A stretch of DNA of 64,000 bases, from NCBI GenBank assembly GCA_951406725.2, contig OX597840.1, positions 36,456,001 through 36,520,000 of the forward strand, written 5' to 3'. The notes under the pieces are model-generated. The model worked only from the letters and a program-made list of their open reading frames with translations. It was not told the origin of the DNA and made no database searches. A program made the translations under genes and the position numbers. The stretch comes from Octopus vulgaris. Taxonomy: Eukaryota. Shown in pieces: positions 12,695 to 24,371 of the stretch (position 1 is the first letter of the stretch; every line of letters starts with the position of its first letter).

Positions 12695-15059
12695 ATGATT
12701 ATTTGATATTTGATGTATACATAATCCTGAATACTTATTATCCATACACCTTAATTTATATGGAATTCATATTGAATAAACATTTGTTCTGCCTGCATTC
12801 ACAGGTTCACCCAAAACTGCTGACAGGTATCAATACAAGACTGATAAACCATGAAGCCTCAGGAAACCGAATCCAGAATGGAGATGATTTTATTCTCATT
12901 TTGAGTGTGAAACATTTGAAAATTACGATATATATATATATATATATAACTGTGTGTGTGTGTGTGTATACAACATAATCACCAAAGAAATCTCTAATGA
13001 AATATTGCCTGATGACTTGGCAGATTATGCAAACATGTTATTGCATAACCTTACGTGATCTTGGTTATTATTGAATGCCAGAATATGCGACACAATGTGT
13101 TAATAATAAGTTTTGCTTCTGAAATATGTTTAATGATAGCCAAATCATTCATTTGTTTCATTCTCATTACTACACGCGTGCATACACACACACGCACAGA
13201 CACACATGTTTTGTTCTGTTATAATAAAAAAACAATTTTACATTATTCTGAAAGGTTACTCTTAACTTTTCGAGTACAAATTTATTAGACTTTAGCAAGA
13301 ATGGTGTTGGCAGTGACTTCGATGGCTGAAAGTTTGAAGTTAATGTTGATAATATTCTCGTTAAAGAATAATGGGCTCCAGTAGGGGCCTGCAAAACTTG
13401 AAGTAGTACAGAAACCAAACCAAGCTGTTTTACCTGTCAGGCATGCAGTGACCGACAACAGAATGTTCTAGTCGAGTTTACTGTTTGTCTGACAATATAT
13501 GTCTAGGTTGTGAATGAAAGTGTAAGGGGGCCGTGGCCATTTGTATGGTGATCATGTTTCATTGGTCAATCTTCAATCATCATCAACCAATGAGTGATAG
13601 TTTGGCATGCTGCTGTCTTTGAGAAGTTTGTCTCACTCGTTTTCACCTTCTCTTCATTGCATGGTTTGTGATTTTAGATTTTGCTAGTAATTTTCCAAAA
13701 ATTAATATTATTAAGTTGTGTCTGGAGGGAGTCATTCTCTTTTCGTGCCTTATTATTTAAAACACTCACAAGAAAGAATTTCCACTCCTTTATTTATTTA
13801 TTAGGAAAAATAAATATAGGAAAATATAAAATAATTATAAAAATAATTTATAGGAAAAATAAATAAACCATATAATTTATGGTTTTGATGCTGGCACCGG
13901 ATGCACAGTTTGAGCTGGTGAACCAGAGGATTGCACCAAACTCCAATACTTGCTTTGGCATAGTTTCTATGGCTGGATGCCCTTCCTAAGACCAACCACT
14001 TTACAGAGTGTGACAGAGTGTGGACTGGATGCTCCTTACATGACAGCAGCAGCCACTTCAATGGAGGAGAGAAGTGGCCTTATGTCTCCATAAGTCTCAA
14101 TGAAAAAATGTATAATGGCTTTGTCAAAATTTTTTATGGATCTTAACTGAGGAAATCCTAACAAATACAAAATTACCTGATTGTAGGAATTGAAGTTTCA
14201 AATTAAAAAAATGTGGCATGACCTTCGTTTGAGCAAAAAAAATTTTTAATTTTGTAAGAAGTGCACTGTTAGTGTCTTGAATGTACAGAGCTAAGTATTT
14301 TTTGTGTAAGCACCAGCCTTCTTGAATTTCACTCTGATTTAATAAATAAAAATGTTGTTTTGAAATGTTTTCAAAAAGTTATTTTAAAAAGTATTCCTTG
14401 TTCTTAAAACAGCATAATTTCATGAGGGGAATTGTTAGAGAGATCTCCCTTGTCGGTGCTTTAACATGTTTGGTGTATTCCCACAGAGCCAGAATTTGGA
14501 TTGAATAGTGTGAGCTTGATACACTATAATTACTAATATTTCTTGTATGTATTGTTTTTTTAAAAACAAAAAACAAGCATTCTCTTGATATCTCTTTTAT
14601 CGTATTTTAGTAAATATTTAAACAGCAGATAAAGAGAAAAACAACTGAAAGAGCAGAAATATGAACCATGAAGTACTGCCAATTGTGAGCTTTTCATTTA
14701 TGATATGCATGTATGAATGTGTGTGTGTGTGCGCGTGTGTATATATATATATACATACATACACATACATTTTACTCTTCACTAAACCTACACAATGGTT
14801 TTACCATTATGAAACCAGGATTTTCTACACCTGAAGAATTTTGATATTAGTCTGGAATCTGACATTGTTGATGCCCCGAAAATGGAGTTGAATGCTTCCC
14901 TAACTCTAACCCTATCATTACACCCTACCAGGACCTTATATATAAAATACAAATGAGAAAATGGAGAAACAAATTTGGTTTGTTCATCAACTTACGGATA
15001 TTATAATGTTGACCCATAACCCCTATCATACTTTGTACTATATATATATATATACACAC

Positions 15060-15295
15060 ATAAAAAGCACCAACCAATCGTGGCCGCTGCCAGACTCTCC
15101 TGGCACCTGTGCCGGTGGCACATAAAAAGCACCCACTACACTCATAGAGTGGTTGGCGTTAGGAAGGGCATCGAGCTGTAGAAACACTGCTAGACCAGAC
15201 TGGAGCCTGGTGCAGCCTCCTGGCTTCCCAGACCCCGGTTGAACCGTCCAACCCGTGCTAGCGCAGAAAACGGATGTTAAATGGTGATGATGATG

Positions 15296-15297
<2 letters not shown>
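15060..15297 (+). mobile_element. SINE/retroposon family C with (TGA)n tail (representative copy)
   Basis: gtggttggcgttaggaagggcatc...gtccaacccgtgctagcgcagaaaacggatgttaaatg(gat)n. Related copies at ~6500-6695, 13890-14040(-), 29593-29765(-), 38865-39040, 41506-41695(-), 54733-54905(-), 61580-61690. Confidence 0.8.
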
Positions 15298-15349
<52 letters not shown>

Positions 15350-15350
15350 C

Positions 15351-15381
<31 letters not shown>

Positions 15382-15498
15382 CTATATACATATATATATA
15401 TATACATATATATACATACATACACATATATATATACATACATATATATACATATATATACATACATACACATATATATATATACATACATATATACA

Positions 15499-15534
<36 letters not shown>

Positions 15535-15607
15535 TATATACATACACATATATATATACATATATATAAATATACATACATACATATATATAAATATACA
15601 TACATAC

Positions 15608-15645
<38 letters not shown>

Positions 15646-15650
15646 ATATT
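15298..15650. repeat. Compound (TA)n/(TACA)n microsatellite
   Basis: Direct reading. Similar tracts at 2637-2820, 6709-6800, 7114-7217, 31413-31479, 45797-45880, 63640-63975. Confidence 0.95.
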
Positions 15651-15743
15651 ATAGACACAGACACATACACACATAGACATTATACATGTATACCAAACGT
15701 TTTGTGAAAATTTAAATTGAAGAAATTGCCAGCCTCTACTTAC

Positions 15744-15897
15744 TCTTCATCTCGGACATCAGGGAGAGTTCGATGTAAAGAGATCATATCACTTGCATAT
15801 TGGTTAAAAGCATTATGTTGCCAACCTTCATCATATATCTTTCTCTCTTCAGCAGATAATTTATCTTTGTTAATTACAACAGCCCGACCATTTTCCC
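15744..15897 (-). CDS. GALNT: GALNT coding exon 2
   Basis: ttttcag acceptor, GTAAGT donor, 154 nt. Translates [51 protein letters not shown], containing the FN..SD.ISL.R.LPD.R motif of ppGalNAc-Ts. Absent from the ORF track; read manually. Confidence 0.95.
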
Positions 15898-17335
15898 CTG
15901 AAAATTAAAACCACACGCACAAAAGAAAAAAAAAACAAAATCAGAAGAGAATGTTTAAAAATATACGTGAAAATTTACTAAAACAAAAACAAAATAACTG
16001 ACATTTCTTGGTATGCAAATTAGTTGCTTAGTTTATAAATCATAATTATGATTGTGTATTTGGATTAAATATTTATATATCTTGGAAACCTTGATAATGA
16101 AATTCTTCTTCTTTTTGGGGATATTGGATATCGGAGGACATACAGCTACAAAGAATAGTATTGGATTGAAAAACTCTTTTGGATAGAAAACTGAAGGTCA
16201 CCCCTGGGACTTGCACTCACATCTCAACCCAATATTTACAAACTATTATTCATAGCTTGACATACTTAGATATCCACTATTCCGAAAACAGAATTTCACA
16301 TTTCCTTGTAAGTTTATAAACTTCATATGACATCAAGTTAATTATAATTTTTCAAAGTAATTATCTTAAGAGACCAAACACTTTTCTTAATTATTTACAT
16401 TCATAAACAACATTTCAATTGGGTTGATCTCCAATGGTCCCTGGTTGTCTTATTCATAAAAGAATAGATGAAAGCTGACTGGATTTGAACCCAGGACATT
16501 TATTTACAAAGTTACATTAATAATATGAATATCTTAAAATATGAATTGCTGTTGATCTATTAATAATATTCTGCCACTGTCTCCATATGTAACACTTAAC
16601 AATAGAGTGAAATGGAAAATATATTCTGTTTTTAAGACGAGCAACTGAGAAACAAAGAAATGATGCCAAGGATATGATCCAGAAAACAGAACATTTACAC
16701 TGTTCAAAAGACAATTGGCTGATAAATCAAGGAACCAAATAAAAGACATATTCTATCAAAGAAACATCATTTATATGTAATCAACAGGTGAGATCCAGAG
16801 ATTCTTAATATGGAAAACAATAGCATTCAAATGATTTGAACTTACACTTTGAAACCTTTAGCAAAGATTAAGTGTGTGGGGTAAAGAGTGGCTATAAGAG
16901 GAATCCAGGTGAGTATTAATGGAGATGATGTGAAATAAACAAATAAAACTGCTTCGGTTTCATATACAGAATATACATGTACACATGTAAAAACTCTGCA
17001 TAGATCCAGCCTTGGCCTTCAGGGTGGAAAGATGAATGTTTATTTGCTTCCATTATTGGTTGCATATTCTGAAGAATAACATCTGCTAATGTTATGAAGT
17101 AAATCTGAGCCCCCAGAAACAGGTGTTGAGTTCGTAACACCATGCATTCTCCTCTGCACTTTCTGAGCCTTTTGTTCTTTGTAATTTTGTCCTGCTAATA
17201 TATAAAAATCTAAACATTTATACTTAAATATTCCCTGCCTGAAAAATTCTCACTCTTTGCTTTCTCTATTTACATATTTACATTTTGTATATCTAACCCA
17301 AGCAGTTTTATTTGTTTATTTTGCACCATTGCCAT

Positions 17336-17386
<51 letters not shown>

Positions 17387-18552
17387 AATATACCTGAAAG
17401 ATAATTTGTTGGGAAATTAATGCTTAAAATTAAATGCAATACACAAACACACACGTAAACATGTTAAATGATATAAGATATATTAGTGTTATACACATAC
17501 ACACACATTGCCTGACCAAAGCCAGGATAGAAAATGGAAGTTAAATGATGACAATGTTAATGTTTCATATATATATAGATATATATATATATATATAGGA
17601 TGGGCCTCTTCCTATATATATATATAGGATGGGCTTCTTTCGGTTTCCATCTACCAAATCCACTCACAAGGCTTTGGTCAGCCCGAGGCTATAGTAAAAG
17701 ACACTTGCCCATGGTGCCACACAGTGGAACTGAACCCTGAACCATGTGGTTGGTAAGCAAGCTACTTACCACACAGCCACACCTGCACCTATAAGTTTCT
17801 GTAATGTTTTTGCCCAGTTTAACACAGAACTCCATGGCACAGTGAGCTTCTAATCATCCTGACTCTATCATGAAAACTAGTCACCTTTGACAAGCAATGT
17901 TTAGATGGATTTGTCCTAAGTGCTGTTACAGCCATCACTCTCCTTCAATCTGGAGTAATGAAAGTTGGTTGGGCAGCTTATTAGATTTATAGTAATGGTA
18001 TTCTAAAATTACAATAATATAGTTATAACTGCCTCTCCCAAAAGTAAACTCAAAATTTATGGAATGCACCTCATACACACATTTGTCTGATATGAAAATT
18101 CTTATCAAATGAAAAGAATTTTCATATCAGTGTATTAAGATCTGTGAGAGTGTGACTAGTGTTGTTGTATTGCAGCAAAATGTTATTATTATAGAGATTA
18201 TGTCTTTGGTTTCAATGTACAGTTCATATTGTTTAACATGTTAACCACCTCACGTGTCACAAAGTGGTTCATCACAAACTTCACCCAACTGCCACACGTA
18301 CCACTGGTGGCACCTTTTCATAAGTTGAGAAAATATTTTATTCTGTATCTTTGAGATGGTTTTGAGGACATTTAAATAACATGAGTGATTAATATTAAGG
18401 TTTAATTATGAAATAGTGTAAAAATGTAAAAAAAAATGTACATTTCCTTGCAATTAAAAACAGTATGCAGTGTGACTGGAAATATGTTGCATCACAAGAA
18501 AGTTCTAGAAACAGGTGATGGTGGTTAATATGCTAGAATATTTAAATACAAT

Positions 18553-19100
18553 ATTTACATTATTTACATTATTTAAATTTGACGGATATTTGTCCTCATC
18601 TCGTTTGTTATTAACTCAACGTTTCAGCTGATATACCCTCCAGCCTTCATCAGGTATCTTGGGGAAATTTCGAACCTGGGTTCTCATTCCTAAGGTATTT
18701 TTCGATGTTATTATTATTATTATTATTATTATCATTATTCAGGTCACTGCCTGGAATTGAACTCAGAATCTTGGGGCTAGCCAGTGCTCTTAACCACTAC
18801 ACCATATGCCTGTTGTGATTAAGAGTGCAGGCTACTAATCCCAAGATTCCAAGTTCAATTCAAGGCAGTGACCTGAATAATAATAATATTAATAATAATA
18901 ATAACAATAATAATAACAACAACAACATCGAAAAATACCTTAGGAATGAGAACCCAGGTTCGAAATTTCCCCAAGACACCTGAAGGAGGCTGGAGAGTAT
19001 ATCAGCTGAAACATTGTGTTAACAAAAAACAAGATGAAGACAAATATCCGTCAAATGTAAATAATATACATAATTCCTCATCTCTTAAATAGAGAACTGT
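18553..19100. mobile_element. Head-to-head palindromic pair of tRNA-headed SINEs, each with a minimal hammerhead motif
   Basis: Left arm ~18560-18810 is the reverse complement of right arm ~18811-19070. Each has an A/B-box tRNA-like head, an (AAT)n spacer and a hammerhead motif (18613-18658 minus, 18975-19020 plus). Confidence 0.85.
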
Positions 19101-19473
19101 AGTACAATATTTGTTATATACATTATTCTTTCAACACATTTGAAATCATTTTAATAACATAGTGAGAATGGGAAGCTCAAAAAAGATATGAACCAGTTTT
19201 TCCTTGTGGACAGTTGTATCTAGTTCTTTCTAGAAAGTATTTACCTTTTGGTGTAAAGATGAAAATAATTGCAAATTCCAAAAGTACAAAGTGTGACAAA
19301 ATTATAACAAAGAATATAATTTTCAAAGTGTTTGCCTCCCAAGACTGCATCTTTAGTACAACTGGTATGGACTACACATCATCTTAAAGGGGAAGGTGGG
19401 GGAAGCATAAAAGGCAAAAAACTCCAAAATACAAAAAACGAAAATAAAATAAAGAAAAAAGAAAGAAACTTAC

Positions 19474-20056
19474 CAGGAGCGTTTGGGTCAACAGGTATGA
19501 CCACATCGGGGTTAAATTTTAGAGAATTATCCACTGGTTTCTCTATTTTTACTTTATTTTTAATATTGTCATTATTATTTTTAGTATTTTTAATGTTAAA
19601 ATTGTCAATATTATTATTATTATTAATATTATTATTATTATTATTATTATTGAAATTAGAGTCTTGTTGTTTTCGATGATGTGATTCAGAGTCTTTATCA
19701 TCAATTTTAAAAACGTTGTTGTGAAAATTTTTATTATCAATATTAATATTATTATTATTATTGTTATTATTATTATTGATGTTGTTTTGTAGGGGAGGAT
19801 GGATTAACAAGGCACCCTGATTGGCTTCATCATTCCGATTATTTCCTCTGTATTTGTTATTGTCCTTAATGTTGTTGTTCTCATTTCGAGAGTCATCACC
19901 TTTCCGCATGATGGCTATGTTGTTCGAGTCCTCTCGAAATGCAAAAAACAGATTATCGTGATATGCCAACAGGAAAACCATGAAAAACCACAGAGTTGGG
20001 ATGCCAATAATAACCTTAAATATAAGGCTACGTCTTCGACGGAATAAACTGGCCAT
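19474..20056 (-). CDS. GALNT: Polypeptide N-acetylgalactosaminyltransferase (GT27, pgant9/gly-5-like), coding exon 1: cytoplasmic tail, TM anchor, Asn-rich stem
   Basis: ATG at 20056 in AAAAATATGG context, with in-frame TGA TAA upstream. MASLFRRRRSLIFKVIIGIPTLWFFMVFLLAY is a type II signal-anchor. Ends ...DPNAP-G|GTAAGT (583 nt, phase 1) and joins the next exon to give the conserved PGENG. Confidence 0.9.
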
Positions 20057-20331
20057 ATTTTTCGTTCCAGCGTGTACTTTCCAATATGGGTGGAAATGGA
20101 GGTCTTCTGGTTCCGTTCCTTCTTCAGGAATGGAATTGGACGAACTGATGATGATTTATCAATATTGTTAATTATTATTTTTTTTTATTTCTATTATTAT
20201 TGGTAAACAGTTGTTCCCGTTCTTGTTGTGGCTCTTGTTTTTGTTGTTGTTGTTAAAGCTGTTGTTCCTGGTGGTGGTGGTGGTGGTGCTGGTAGTGTTG
20301 TTGTTGTCATTGTTGATGTTTGTAAAATCAT
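20057..20331 (-). other. Putative 5' UTR part of GALNT coding exon 1
   Basis: Candidate acceptor cttttgcag ending at 20332, with a pyrimidine-rich tract upstream. Implies an unlocated upstream non-coding exon. Confidence 0.5.
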
Positions 20332-20507
20332 CTGCAAAAGACATTGGATACAGAAATGTTAAAAAGGATTAAGAAGAACAAAAGAGAAAACAACAGAAAA
20401 TTACAGCAAATCCTCGTTACAGTTTGATCATCTGATCAAAAATAACGAGAACCCACAAGAGATAACTTTATAAATTTTGGACAGATAAAATAAACAACAA
20501 CAACAAC

Positions 20508-20547
<40 letters not shown>

Positions 20548-20549
<2 letters not shown>

Positions 20550-21003
20550 ATGGGATTTTAATATAGAGTGTGAGCAAGTCATAGAGGTGAGATGGCCAAA
20601 TATTGTGCTCATCCATAAAGATGAAAAAGAAGCAAAGATAAAAGATGTTGCAATTCTGGAAATGTAAGGAAACAGAAAAGATTGAGAAATACCAGCGACT
20701 GCAGGACGAAATAGGAAATTTATGGGGCACAAGGAAAGTAATTATGACACGGGTGATAATTGAAACATTAGGAGCAGTTTCCAAGAGATTTGAAAAACAT
20801 ATTAAGAATATTGGAACTGCTGTCAGGCTCGAAGTGATCCAGAAGACAGCATTCTTGGGTACAGGTCGCATTCTAAGAAGAGTATTGACTCTGAGTCACA
20901 GGAGAAGGCACTACTTGAAACCTTTGGTGATTTGTTATTGCCTGCTTTCAAGTAAAGAATAACCGGTAATTAAGAACTATCCGAGAGTCTTCCAGAATAA
21001 TAA
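20548..21003 (+). mobile_element. R4/Dong-like non-LTR retrotransposon 3' end (restriction-like endonuclease C-terminus)
   Basis: WDFNI ... IEVRWPNIVLI ... KIEKYQRLQDEIGNLW ... VIIETLGAV ... IQKTAFLGTGRILRRVL. Begins right after an (AAT)n run and ends in aataataa. Confidence 0.75.
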
Positions 21004-21084
21004 CTATTTGAAATTTTTGCCACAAGGGCAGCTTGGGGGGTGAGGGTAGAGATGAGTTGATTATATCAAGAATAGGGTAGTAAT

Positions 21085-22080
21085 CAGAAAATTGAATGGA
21101 CAGTACAGATTAGAAGAAAGGAGAAAGTAGATGAAGAATCGACAGAAAAGGTGACAGCATTAAAGGCCAAATAGGAAAGATATGATGCTGGATGCAAAGG
21201 TTTCAAACAGAATAGACTGTTCCAATCAAATAGAAGGTGACTAAGGAAATAGAGAGAAGCCAACACCAGGAACTGATTACAGATGTGGAAGGAAAAGAAA
21301 TTTGGGGAAGCTGTGGAACAGGCCAGCGTGACATAAAGAATGCATGGAGTGGCTGACAAAGCTGGAAACACAATTTGCAACTGTGCCAAGACAAAAGGAT
21401 GTCAGAATTAATCTATAAAACAGTGAGACAGAAATTTTTAAAAAATAGCAAATTGGAAAGGACCAGGTCCAGATGCAGTGCAAGGCTTTTGGCTGAAGAA
21501 CTTTACACAGTTGCATGAAAGGATCGCTGTGCAACTGGATGACTGCCTGCAGCAAGGTCACGTCCCTGCCTGGATGACAAGTGGACAAATGCTGCTATGT
21601 CTCAAAGATTCCTTGAAAGGGAACTTGACAACAAATTTTCAACCTATAACCTGTTTACCACTTATGTGGAAGTTTATGGCTTGTGTCTTGAAGGAAGAGT
21701 TATACAACCATCTGGAAAGAAGCAATCTACTTCCAGAAGAACCAAAAGGATATAGGAAAGAAATTAAGGCAACAAAAAAATCACTTATTAATTGATAAAA
21801 TGATAATTAGAAATTGTAGACGCAGAATGATGGGACTGATTGTAGGACAGATTAGAAAAAAGCATATGACATGGTACCACACAGTTGGATATGTAAAACA
21901 ATGAGTATGTTTGGAATAGCAAAAAACACGGAGAAAATGCTTAATGAAATTATGAAACATTGGAATTCCGAATTAATCAGAGGAAAACAAAGACTTGGGA
22001 AAATGAACATCAGACATGGAATATTCCAAGGTGATAACTTAATCTCCATTACTATTCGTATTGGTCACGATACTATTCAC
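21085..22080 (+). mobile_element. R4/Dong-like reverse transcriptase fragment (pseudogenised)
   Basis: NWKGPGPDAVQGFWLK ... NFQPITCLPLMWK ... KKAYDMVPHSWI ... GIFQGD, with frameshifts and stops. Confidence 0.85.
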
Positions 22081-23581
22081 TATGATATTATGAAAAGCAC
22101 ATTAAACAAACGACTGATAAAGGATAAATATTCAACCAATTGGTAAACTATACAGACATGGAATTGAGCCTGTGCATGTGTTATTGTTGGCATAATGACT
22201 CACACAAGACACAACAAAATTTGTTTCAACACACAAATTCACATCAAGAATCTTGCATACAAAATACAAAAAACGATATATTGGTGGAAGCCTACAGTTA
22301 ATTAGTGATTTCCTAACCTCACTATGTATTTCTAATAAGCTAATTTCTCACTATGTTAAATATGCAAACACTATATTTTCTTTCCATGCAGATGGCCTCC
22401 CTGAGCATTTAAATCTCAATGAATTTTTTCCCCTATAACTGTAGTTGCCAGGCAAATTATCTCTCTCTCCCTCCTCTCCCTCTCTCCTTGTCCCCACTTT
22501 CTCAAGAGAGTTCATATTTTCATTTGTCAGCTCGTCCCCCTCCTAGGCCATAATATTTCGAAACAAGACTAAACAACATTTTATTTTCTCTTTTACTAAA
22601 TTATACAAAAATAGCAACAAAAAAAAAAACAACGGAAACATTTTAAATATTAAGAAATAAAACAGGAAAAAATCTGAACAACAAAAAACAACACACACAC
22701 ACACACATGCTTGTACCTGCACACACTCATTTGCACATGCTTGGACACAACACAATGACACAAACATGCACATTAACACACACACACAGACACACACAGA
22801 CACAGACACACACACACACACAGACAGACACACACACACACACACAGACACACACACAAACAAGTAAACAAATTCAGAGATTAATTAGGTAATATAATTT
22901 AAAAAAAAAATAATAATTAGATGATAAATAATAATGAGCTGAAAGAACTAAATAATTAATGGCAATATCAAATAAGGGAAAGAGCACTCTTGGGAGAACT
23001 TGCAGCTGAATGAGATAACGAGATAACGAAGGATTTTTCTATGAGGTCAGTGAATCTGCTAAAAATAACAAAACTTAATTGTTTTGCTTAACAGAACCAC
23101 CCTGGGCCTAGGTTGTACATTTAATAATACATACATGTGTACATGCATACATACATACATACATGCGTACATACATATATACAAACATACATTTATCCTT
23201 TAAGTTCGTTTAAGGTTAAACATTTTGAAGTTGCATATAAAACTCTTCTTCCATTATTCTGGTTAGAGCCTAATGATGCCACCTGGCATTACTAGTTGTT
23301 TTGGGATGCTGAACCGATATAATGGAAGGTAAAAATAGTAATAATAACAAGAATTCTTGGATGGAATTTATAAATATTTTAATGCATTGCTACATGGGTT
23401 TCTACAAGTCACATGTCTCTTAGGATCATAGTCCATATTCCTGGCATGACTGCAGTGTAGTCCATAGTATCTGTGGGTATCGGTTTGAACAACTTCATAG
23501 ATTCATTTCTTTGGGCAATTTGTGGAAACATACATGTAGCAATGCATTAAAATTATTATTATTATTATTATTATTACTAGT

Positions 23582-23975
23582 TAAGGCTACAAGGGCTTTT
23601 GAAACACTTGTCCATCATTTGTGGGATGAACACGATGTCAGTCTGGAGACTAAAATAAGTGTATACAAATCTTGTATTCTGAGCACACTTTTTTAGGGGG
23701 CAGAAACCTGGGCTCCCTACAACAGACATATAAAGACACTTGAAACCTTCCACATGTGCTGTTTGTCCGACATATGCAACATAAAATGGAAAGATAAGAT
23801 ATCCAATGTCAAAATCTTAGAAAAATGTGATAATTCCAGCATCCAAAGTATGCTGATGAGAATTCAGTGCAGATAGGTAGGACATGCTTTTTGAATGAAG
23901 AGGGATATCACAGCAAAGGAAGACCCTTCCTTAGGTATAAGGATAAGTTGAAGCAATCACTGAAATCTCTACAGT
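23582..23975 (+). mobile_element. RTE-clade LINE RT C-terminal fragment
   Basis: TKISVYKSCILSTLF*GAETW ... IKWKDKISNVKILEK ... VGH, then RYKDKLKQSLK after a deletion. Confidence 0.8.
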
Positions 23976-24127
23976 TGTGTGTGTGTATGTATATATATAT
24001 ATATATATATATATAGTAGAAGATACTTGCCCAAATTGCCATGCAGTGGGACTGAACCGGAGACCATGTACTTGGGAAGTAAGCTACTTACTACACAGCC
24101 CCTCCTGCTCCTATAAAAGAGATCCTG

Positions 24128-24212
24128 CACTCACAGGTGGATTTGAACCCGTGACCCTCAGATTACAAACAGAAGTGATTCTTAAAAATCTGATGCTATA
24201 CCAAGTTATGCA
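24128..24212 (-). pseudogene. tRNA-Lys(UUU)-like pseudogene with 19-nt insert at the canonical intron position
   Basis: tggtatagcaTCAGA tt TTT a [agaatcacttctgtttgta] a TCTGA gggtc acgggTTCAAATcc. Anticodon arm and variable loop match tRNA-Lys; T-stem and acceptor stem are broken. Confidence 0.6.
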
Positions 24213-24338
24213 GGTGGATAAGCCTTGAGGGCTTACCAGACCCCGGTCCAACCGTCCAACCCATGCTAGCATGGAAAATGGACGTTAAATGATGATGATG
24301 ATATATATGTATATGTATGTGTGTGTGTGTGTGTCTGC

Positions 24339-24371
<33 letters not shown>

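Noticed and set aside
13005-13092. CTGATGA followed by TGGCA/TGCCA and an internal hairpin
   Set aside because: The 3' core is missing (gaata instead of GAAA) and there is no stem I; too decayed to call.
15258-15680. Long [16 protein letters not shown] ORFs here and throughout the ORF track
   Set aside because: They are translations of (TA)n, (CA)n and (GA)n microsatellites, not genes.
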